From assembly GCA_023898465.1 (NCBI GenBank), contig CP060223.1, positions 256,001 to 320,000 on the forward strand: 64,000 nt of DNA. The letters run 5' to 3'. Made by a program: the position numbers and the translations under genes. This document shows, piece by piece, positions 58,148 through 64,000 of this stretch (its first letter is position 1; each line of letters starts with the position of its first letter). The notes under the pieces were generated by a model, which saw only the letters and a program-made list of their open reading frames with translations, had not been told where the DNA came from and ran no database searches. The DNA comes from Candidatus Nomurabacteria bacterium. GTDB lineage: Bacteria > Patescibacteriota > Patescibacteriia > HK-STAS-PATE-3.

Positions 58148-59980
58148 ATGACGCAAAAATTTTCTTCATTAGAAAAAATAGCTGCCCAGCTTCGTTATGA
58201 TGTGCTCACCATGACGTCGCGGGCCGGATCAGGTCATCCATCATCTTGCTTATCCGCAGTCGAGATAATGACTGCTTTGTTTTTTGGAGGAGTATTTCAC
58301 GCTGATCTGACGAAGCCGGAGTATGCGAATAACGACCGACTTATTTTTTCAAAAGGTCATGCTGCTCCATTGCTCTATGCGCTCTACGCAAGTGCAGGTC
58401 AAGTAACGGAAAAAGAGCTGCTGAGTTTGCGTGCGTTCCAAAGTCCGCTGGAGGGGCACCCTAGTCGCGCTTTTCCTTACACTGAGGTGCCGACCGGATC
58501 GCTAGGACAAGGTTTATCCAATGGCATAGGTATGGCTGAGTACGCACACCGTCATCGTTTGTCGTATCACACCTATGTGCTTCTTGGTGACAGTGAAATG
58601 AGTGAAGGTTCAAACTGGGAGGCAATGGAGTATGCGGCCTCGCATAAGTTGAGTGCACTCGTGGCGCTTATTGACCTGAATGATTTAGGTCAAAGCATGC
58701 GCACTCTGCCACTCGCTAAGGCGGAACAATTAGCTGCTCGGATAAAGTCATTTGGATGGCAAGTCTATGTTGTTGATGGGCATACTATCCCACAACTCTT
58801 GTCCGTGTTGAGTAAGGCAAAAAAGAGTCTCCAAAAACCCGTAGCGATTATTGCTCGGACGGTAAAAGGGAAAGGCGTCTCTTTTATCGAGGGGCGTCAA
58901 GGCTGGCATGGAAAAGCGCTGAGCAATGAAGAGCTGGAAAAAGCTTTAAAAGAAATTCCGTATCCAAAAAATAGAGTGCGAGGAAAGCTAGCCCAGCCGC
59001 AGAAAAAATCCCTGCCAGAATCAACAGCACGTCCAGTGCCGAATTGCCAGTACCGTAAGAGCACTTCAGTTTCCACTCGACGGGCGGCTGCCCATGCACT
59101 TGTCCGATTGGCGCCAAAGTATCCGGAGCTGCTTGTCCTAGACACTGAGGTAGGAAACTCAACGCATACGGAAGACTTTGCCGAAGTGTATCCTGAGCGT
59201 TTTTTGCAGTGTGGCATAGCTGAACAAAATGCCGTTGGCATGGTTAATGGCTTAGCGCGTCGCGGCGCTTTACCAGTCTACGCTACCTTTAGCGCCTTTC
59301 TCACACGAGCCTTTGATCAGCTGCGCATGAATCAATACAGCGACACGCGTCAGGTGTATATTGGTACGCATTCGGGTGTTTCTATTGGCGCGGATGGTCC
59401 ATCGCAAATGGGTCTGCAGGACATTGCCATGTTTCGTTCGCTGGAAAAAAGCGTGGTGCTTTATCCATCTGATGCCTTTGCAGCTGAGCGCTTAGTTGAG
59501 GAGGCTATGAAGCAGAGCGGTATGGTCTATATCCGCGCGACCCGGCCTCGAGTACCTATACTGTACAGCGCAGGGACAAAGTTTATTGTCGGCGGCAGTC
59601 AGACTTTGCGTCAAAGTACAAATGATAAACTCACCATTCTCGCCGCTGGCATCACTGTGTTTGAGGCATTAAAAGCTGCTGATGCATTAGCTGGCAGGGG
59701 CGTTAAGGTGCGAGTGATCGACCTCTATAGTGTGAAGCCGCTTGATGTGTCAACCTTACGCAAGGCGGCTAAGCAAACGAAAGCCTTCATCGTTGTAGAG
59801 GATCATAACCCTGAGGGCGGTATTGCCGAAGCAGTGCGTAGTGCTTTTATCCAATGCCCAGTACCCATCTATAGCCTAGCGGTGCAAAAACGACCCAAGA
59901 GCGGAACGCCAGAAGAACTTTTAAAATATTGCAATATTGATGCCAGTGCCATACTTCGTAAAGCGCAGACACTCATATGA
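58148..59980 (+). CDS. tkt: Transketolase (single-chain)
   Basis: TPP-binding GHPSSCLSAVEIM and GDSEMSEGSNWEA; 610 aa. Confidence 0.9.
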   Translation: MTQKFSSLEKIAAQLRYDVLTMTSRAGSGHPSSCLSAVEIMTALFFGGVFHADLTKPEYANNDRLIFSKGHAAPLLYALYASAGQVTEKELLSLRAFQSPLEGHPSRAFPYTEVPTGSLGQGLSNGIGMAEYAHRHRLSYHTYVLLGDSEMSEGSNWEAMEYAASHKLSALVALIDLNDLGQSMRTLPLAKAEQLAARIKSFGWQVYVVDGHTIPQLLSVLSKAKKSLQKPVAIIARTVKGKGVSFIEGRQGWHGKALSNEELEKALKEIPYPKNRVRGKLAQPQKKSLPESTARPVPNCQYRKSTSVSTRRAAAHALVRLAPKYPELLVLDTEVGNSTHTEDFAEVYPERFLQCGIAEQNAVGMVNGLARRGALPVYATFSAFLTRAFDQLRMNQYSDTRQVYIGTHSGVSIGADGPSQMGLQDIAMFRSLEKSVVLYPSDAFAAERLVEEAMKQSGMVYIRATRPRVPILYSAGTKFIVGGSQTLRQSTNDKLTILAAGITVFEALKAADALAGRGVKVRVIDLYSVKPLDVSTLRKAAKQTKAFIVVEDHNPEGGIAEAVRSAFIQCPVPIYSLAVQKRPKSGTPEELLKYCNIDASAILRKAQTLI

Positions 59981-60807
59981 ATATAGTTTTTGACATTGGT
60001 GGTACAAACATTCGCATTGCGCGAGTAAAAGGCACTCGCCTTGATCGAATTGAGAAATTTTCCACTCCCTCAAAGCCACAAGCTGCATTTACCTTGATGG
60101 TAAAGCACATTGATGCGCTTCGAGGTGAGGAAAAAGTCACACGGATTATCGGTGGCGTACCCGGGTCAGTGGATAGTACACGTCAACAGTTAGTCCGGGC
60201 AGCTAATTTAACGCAATGGAAAAAATTCGCCCTGGGAAAAAAACTTGCCCAGCATTATTCCGCTCGTGTACAACTTTATAATGATGCTGATCTCGCAGGA
60301 TTAGGTGAAGCATATTATGGCGCGGGAAAAGGCAAAGAAGTGTTTGCTTACCTTACCCTGAGCACCGGCATCGGCGGCACGAGAATCGTGAAAGGGAAAA
60401 TTGACCAGGCAAGTGGAACATTTGAACCTGGACACCACGTGATAGATGCTGCAACTGTCCTTCGGAAGGGCCCACGGTCAGAAGGCTATTGGGAAAAATT
60501 CGTTTCTGGTTCAGCTCTGCAGCGCCGCTTCCATAACCCAGCTGAAAAAATACATGATGCCAAAGTGTGGCAGGAATTTCATGCATATATTGCCCTGGGT
60601 TTGGTCAACGTCAGTATTTTTTGGTCACCGGAGGCCATAGTCTTAGGTGGCGCGCTTATGCAGAATACGCACGTTTCCATATCCCGTTTGCAAAAACTTT
60701 TACAAAAGTATTATTACATTTCCAGTCCTACACCCAAGCTCATCCGAGGCAAGTTAGGGGATAGAGCGGGCTTGTATGGCGCAATGAGTTTACTTCGTCA
60801 TATTTAA
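59977..60807 (+). CDS. ROK/BadF-type sugar kinase (glucokinase-like)
   Basis: N-terminal VFDIGGTNIRIA ATPase fold motif; LSTGIGG second phosphate loop. Confidence 0.6.
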   Translation: MNIVFDIGGTNIRIARVKGTRLDRIEKFSTPSKPQAAFTLMVKHIDALRGEEKVTRIIGGVPGSVDSTRQQLVRAANLTQWKKFALGKKLAQHYSARVQLYNDADLAGLGEAYYGAGKGKEVFAYLTLSTGIGGTRIVKGKIDQASGTFEPGHHVIDAATVLRKGPRSEGYWEKFVSGSALQRRFHNPAEKIHDAKVWQEFHAYIALGLVNVSIFWSPEAIVLGGALMQNTHVSISRLQKLLQKYYYISSPTPKLIRGKLGDRAGLYGAMSLLRHI

Positions 60808-60816
60808 GGAGCGTAT

Positions 60817-61251
60817 ATGCTTTATCTCGCATCCGACCACGGTGGATATCAACTCAAAGAGAAGTTAAAAAAACAATTAGGCAAGGCAAATATTTCTTTT
60901 GTCGACTTGGGTGCAAAAACAGTGAAGCCGGATGATGATTATCCCATCATTACCAAGCAGCTGGCCGAGGCGGTGGCAAAGTCCTCGAAGCATCAGGGCA
61001 TACTGGTCTGTCGATCTGGTACTGGGGTGTGCATTGCCGCGAATAAGATGAAAAAGATTCGAGCAGTGGCAGCGGGCGATGCGTGGACAGCCAGACGCGG
61101 CAAACGCGATGAAAATGCAAACGTGCTTTGTCTAGGATCTGAGCATCCTAATGCGGCCCAGAGCTGGAGCATTGTCCAGGCTTGGTTAAAGCAAGCATTT
61201 CGTAATAGCACTCGGGATAAGCGTCGCCTCATTCAGATAAGTACTTTGTAA
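60817..61251 (+). CDS. rpiB: Ribose-5-phosphate isomerase B (RpiB/LacAB family)
   Basis: ASDHGGYQLK...GILVCRSGTGVCIAANK active-site region. Confidence 0.88.
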   Translation: MLYLASDHGGYQLKEKLKKQLGKANISFVDLGAKTVKPDDDYPIITKQLAEAVAKSSKHQGILVCRSGTGVCIAANKMKKIRAVAAGDAWTARRGKRDENANVLCLGSEHPNAAQSWSIVQAWLKQAFRNSTRDKRRLIQISTL

Positions 61252-61890
61252 ATGGCGAAGGTCCTGCTTACTCCATCAATTCTCACTGCCTCGATCGCGG
61301 TTGCGCAAAAGCAAGTAAAACTTTTTCATAGCTTTTGCCCTCGACTGCACTTGGATTTAATGGACGGCGTCTTTGTTGCGCAGCGATCATTCAGTCCGAA
61401 GCAGCTCATGAAGCTGCGTTTGCCGCGGCAGACAAGTGCGCATTTAATGGTGCATGATCCCAGCGAATGGATGAGCCAAGGGGTGCAGGCGGGGATTCGT
61501 AGTTTTATCTTACATACCAGCTCTGACTTCACTCCAGTCTTGTTACGCGAGTTGTCTGCGCAATATACATTGCGTCTGGCTGTCCGGCCGGGCGTTTCCT
61601 TGAGCGAGGTGAAGAAGCTGGCCAAGTATGCAAAAGGTCTACATGTGATGACAGTTGAGCCGGGCCGTCAGGGTGGACCCTTTTTGCCTGCTCAGATAAG
61701 CGTGCTGAGGCGTTTGCGTAAGCTTTATCCGCGCATGTCGATCAGCGTAGATGGACACATGAATGCTGATACCATACCACTCGCCGTTGAGGCAGGGGCA
61801 AACGAGATCATTTTAGGTTCAGTATTGACTCGGTCTCGTGAGCCAAAGAAAGTGTTTCACGCTTTGCAAAAAATAGCCCAGGCAGTTTAG
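61252..61890 (+). CDS. rpe: Ribulose-phosphate 3-epimerase
   Basis: PSILTAS...HLDLMDG...HLMVHDP parallels the RPE SILSAD / HVDVMDG / HLMV motifs. Confidence 0.75.
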   Translation: MAKVLLTPSILTASIAVAQKQVKLFHSFCPRLHLDLMDGVFVAQRSFSPKQLMKLRLPRQTSAHLMVHDPSEWMSQGVQAGIRSFILHTSSDFTPVLLRELSAQYTLRLAVRPGVSLSEVKKLAKYAKGLHVMTVEPGRQGGPFLPAQISVLRRLRKLYPRMSISVDGHMNADTIPLAVEAGANEIILGSVLTRSREPKKVFHALQKIAQAV

Positions 61891-61932
61891 GAGATTGCGC
61901 CGCCGGCAGACTTCCAGTATAGTAGCCACTGT

Positions 61933-63807
61933 ATGAACGCCCAGTCTATTCGTAAGGAATTTCTAGAATATTTTGCGTCCAAAGGTCACGCGGTAGTGCC
62001 CTCATCTTCGCTCATACCAGATAATGATGCGTCAGTATTGCTGACCACGGCTGGAATGCAACAGTTTAAGCCATACTTCTTAGGGCAGCGTGATCCTAAA
62101 GAAGACTTTGGTGCGAATCGTCTTTGCTCGGTACAGAAGTGTTATCGCACGAGTGATATTGAGCCGGTCGGCGATGCCTCGCATCACACCTTTTTTGAAA
62201 TGCTGGGTAACTTCGCCATGCATGATTATTTTAAACCCGAAGCAATTGCTTTTGCCTGGGAGTTTCTGACCAAGAAAATGCACCTCCACAAGGATCGACT
62301 TTGGGCAACCTATTATGCCGGAGACGAGTTGGTGGGTGAGGATAGTGAGGCGGCAAAGCTATGGGAAGAGTATTTACCAAAAGAACGCATCCAGGGCTTT
62401 GGTCGCGATGCCAACTGGTGGGGTCCACCAGGTAATACCGGGTCTTGCGGTCCTTGCGCTGAGCTGCACTATGACATGACGGAAAAGGCCTGTGCCCTGG
62501 GAGAACAGTGTAAGCCAAACTGTGCCTGCGGTCGTTTCGTAGAGCTCTGGAATCTTGTGTTCACGGAGTACGAAAAAAATGAGAAAGGCGAATTCACTCC
62601 TTTGCCAACCAAGAATATTGATACCGGCATGGGTTTAGAGCGCCTGGCGACCGTTGTCCAAAAAAAGCAGAGCAACTACGAAACAGATTTATTTGCACCA
62701 ATTTTCGAGTTTCTAGAAAAAGACGAACACTTTGGTCAATTGGAATTTGCTTCAGAGAATTTGAAGCGCATGCGTATTGTGGCTGATCATATTCGAGGCG
62801 CGGTTTTCTTATTAGCTGATGGTGTGCGCTTTAGTAATAAGGATCGGGGATATGTGTTGCGTCGTGTGGTCCGTCGAGCAATTGATCAGTATGCATCGCT
62901 TGAACTTACTTTTGCCGGCATTGTTGAAACGATAGTGAGCATGTACGAAATGCCATATCCGTACTTGCGAGAGCATCAGTCAGAAATAGTGAGCTTGTTG
63001 GAAAAAGAGCTCGAAGGCTACCGTCGAGTATTAAAAGCTGATGTCACGGTGGTGTATAAGAAAGTGCAGAAGCAGCTTGGGTCGCAAGAGCTTGAAGAAA
63101 TGACAGAGCGGACACCGAGCGAACGGGACATAAGTGCTGAAGAAGCTTTTCGACTATTTACTAGCTACGGCTTTTCACCTGATCGATTAAAGAAAGAGGG
63201 CTATCGTTTTGATGAGGCAGCCTTCCAAGAGTTTCTCAAGCAGCATCAGGATGTTTCACGATCGCAGTCAGGGAAGGTGACTGGATTCCATGGAGGTTTA
63301 GCAGACACCAAGCCAAACACTGTGCGCGGGCATACTGCAACACACTTACTCCAAGCGGCTTTGCGTGAAGTGCTGGGGAATCATGTGGCACAAAAGGGAA
63401 GTAATATCACTACTGAACGCGTGCGTTTTGACTTCCTGCATCCTGATAAAATGACACCTGAGCAGATTCAGCAAGTTGAGCAGATTGTGAATGAAAAGAT
63501 CAAGGCGGATTTACCGGTCTATAAGAAGTGGTACACGGTAGCTGAAGCCAAAGAGATTGGCGCCTTAGGTTTATTTGAAGAGCGCTACGGCGATAAGGTG
63601 TCAGTATATTTAATGGGAAGTGAAGATCCGGCAAAAGTTTTTTCAAAAGAGTTTTGTGGAGGCCCTCACGTTGCGCACACCGGCTTAATCGGCAGCTTTA
63701 AAATAAGCAAGGAAGAATCTTCTAGTGCTGGGGTGCGCCGTATTAAAGCCTTGGTGGGGGAGAGTCTTGACCCTTCTTTGGCTGGAAAAGAAATCGAAAC
63801 GCTCTAA
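61933..63807 (+). CDS. alaS: Alanyl-tRNA synthetase, truncated form lacking the C-Ala domain
   Basis: N-terminal catalytic motifs (FKPYFLG; SVQKCYR), editing-site HTATHLL...; 624 aa versus about 870 for the full-length enzyme. Confidence 0.85.
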   Translation: MNAQSIRKEFLEYFASKGHAVVPSSSLIPDNDASVLLTTAGMQQFKPYFLGQRDPKEDFGANRLCSVQKCYRTSDIEPVGDASHHTFFEMLGNFAMHDYFKPEAIAFAWEFLTKKMHLHKDRLWATYYAGDELVGEDSEAAKLWEEYLPKERIQGFGRDANWWGPPGNTGSCGPCAELHYDMTEKACALGEQCKPNCACGRFVELWNLVFTEYEKNEKGEFTPLPTKNIDTGMGLERLATVVQKKQSNYETDLFAPIFEFLEKDEHFGQLEFASENLKRMRIVADHIRGAVFLLADGVRFSNKDRGYVLRRVVRRAIDQYASLELTFAGIVETIVSMYEMPYPYLREHQSEIVSLLEKELEGYRRVLKADVTVVYKKVQKQLGSQELEEMTERTPSERDISAEEAFRLFTSYGFSPDRLKKEGYRFDEAAFQEFLKQHQDVSRSQSGKVTGFHGGLADTKPNTVRGHTATHLLQAALREVLGNHVAQKGSNITTERVRFDFLHPDKMTPEQIQQVEQIVNEKIKADLPVYKKWYTVAEAKEIGALGLFEERYGDKVSVYLMGSEDPAKVFSKEFCGGPHVAHTGLIGSFKISKEESSSAGVRRIKALVGESLDPSLAGKEIETL

Positions 63808-63828
63808 ATTTTTTCTTAAGAAAAAGTA

Positions 63829-63849
63829 AGCCCTCCCAAGGGCTTTTTT
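63829..63849 (+). terminator. Rho-independent terminator after alaS
   Basis: AGCCCT-CCCA-AGGGCT hairpin followed by TTTTT. Confidence 0.7.
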
Positions 63850-64000
63850 GTATTGACGAAACCATTTTAAGTGATAAAATACTTGCGTAATAAGCCGTCG
63901 CATATAAAGCGCGACGGCGCACAAAAAAGAAATATTCGCTCTCTTACAAAGTTCTCAAAACATTTATTACAAAATCCGCGCCGTCGCAATGTGAGCGCCG

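Noticed and set aside
1-64000. CRISPR array / cas genes
   Set aside because: No regularly spaced direct repeats were seen. The only Cas-like feature is the Cas4-like nuclease fold in the SNF2 cassette, which has no adjacent array or other cas genes.

Overview
This window looks like a Candidate Phyla Radiation (Patescibacteria)-type small-genome bacterium, and carries three accessory regions on a mosaic of roughly 50% GC core genes. The core begins in the ribosomal-protein operon (L18-S5-L15-SecY-Adk-Map; uL30 is missing between S5 and L15, as is typical of CPR). It continues through recR/ybaB/dnaB, asnS/aspS, scpAB, tpiA-gap, a CIRCE-hrcA-grpE-hsp20-dnaK-dnaJ heat-shock region, an ABC exporter pair, tkt-ROK-rpiB-rpe and alaS. 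Several proteins are shortened (HrcA, AlaRS, AspRS without the GAD insertion), and two tRNAs (Lys-UUU, Glu-CUC) are present. The first accessory region lies downstream of tRNA-Lys. It is a high-GC island encoding secreted lipoprotein peptidoglycan hydrolases (CHAP and M23) that share a duplicated promoter, leader and signal-peptide module of about 330-420 bp. A low-GC insertion with two membrane-anchored hypothetical genes sits inside this island. The second accessory region is a low-GC signalling locus of about 9 kb. It has six tandem stand-alone paralogs of a histidine-kinase N-terminal 7TM sensor domain, a LuxI/FeeM-like GNAT acyltransferase, a SAM methyltransferase and an E1/ThiF-like protein. 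These are followed by a 7TM-GAF histidine kinase and a REC-only response regulator. The third accessory region is a low-GC three-gene cassette: an SNF2 helicase with a repeat-rich C-terminal extension, a Cas4-like Fe-S PD-(D/E)xK nuclease, and a Zn-ribbon protein. This is a candidate undescribed defence system. Other points of interest are a duplicated 3' fragment of tRNA-Glu next to a GC-rich structured non-coding stretch, and a second GC-rich structured intergenic region with a small ORF upstream of tkt. No CRISPR array or classical IS element was found.
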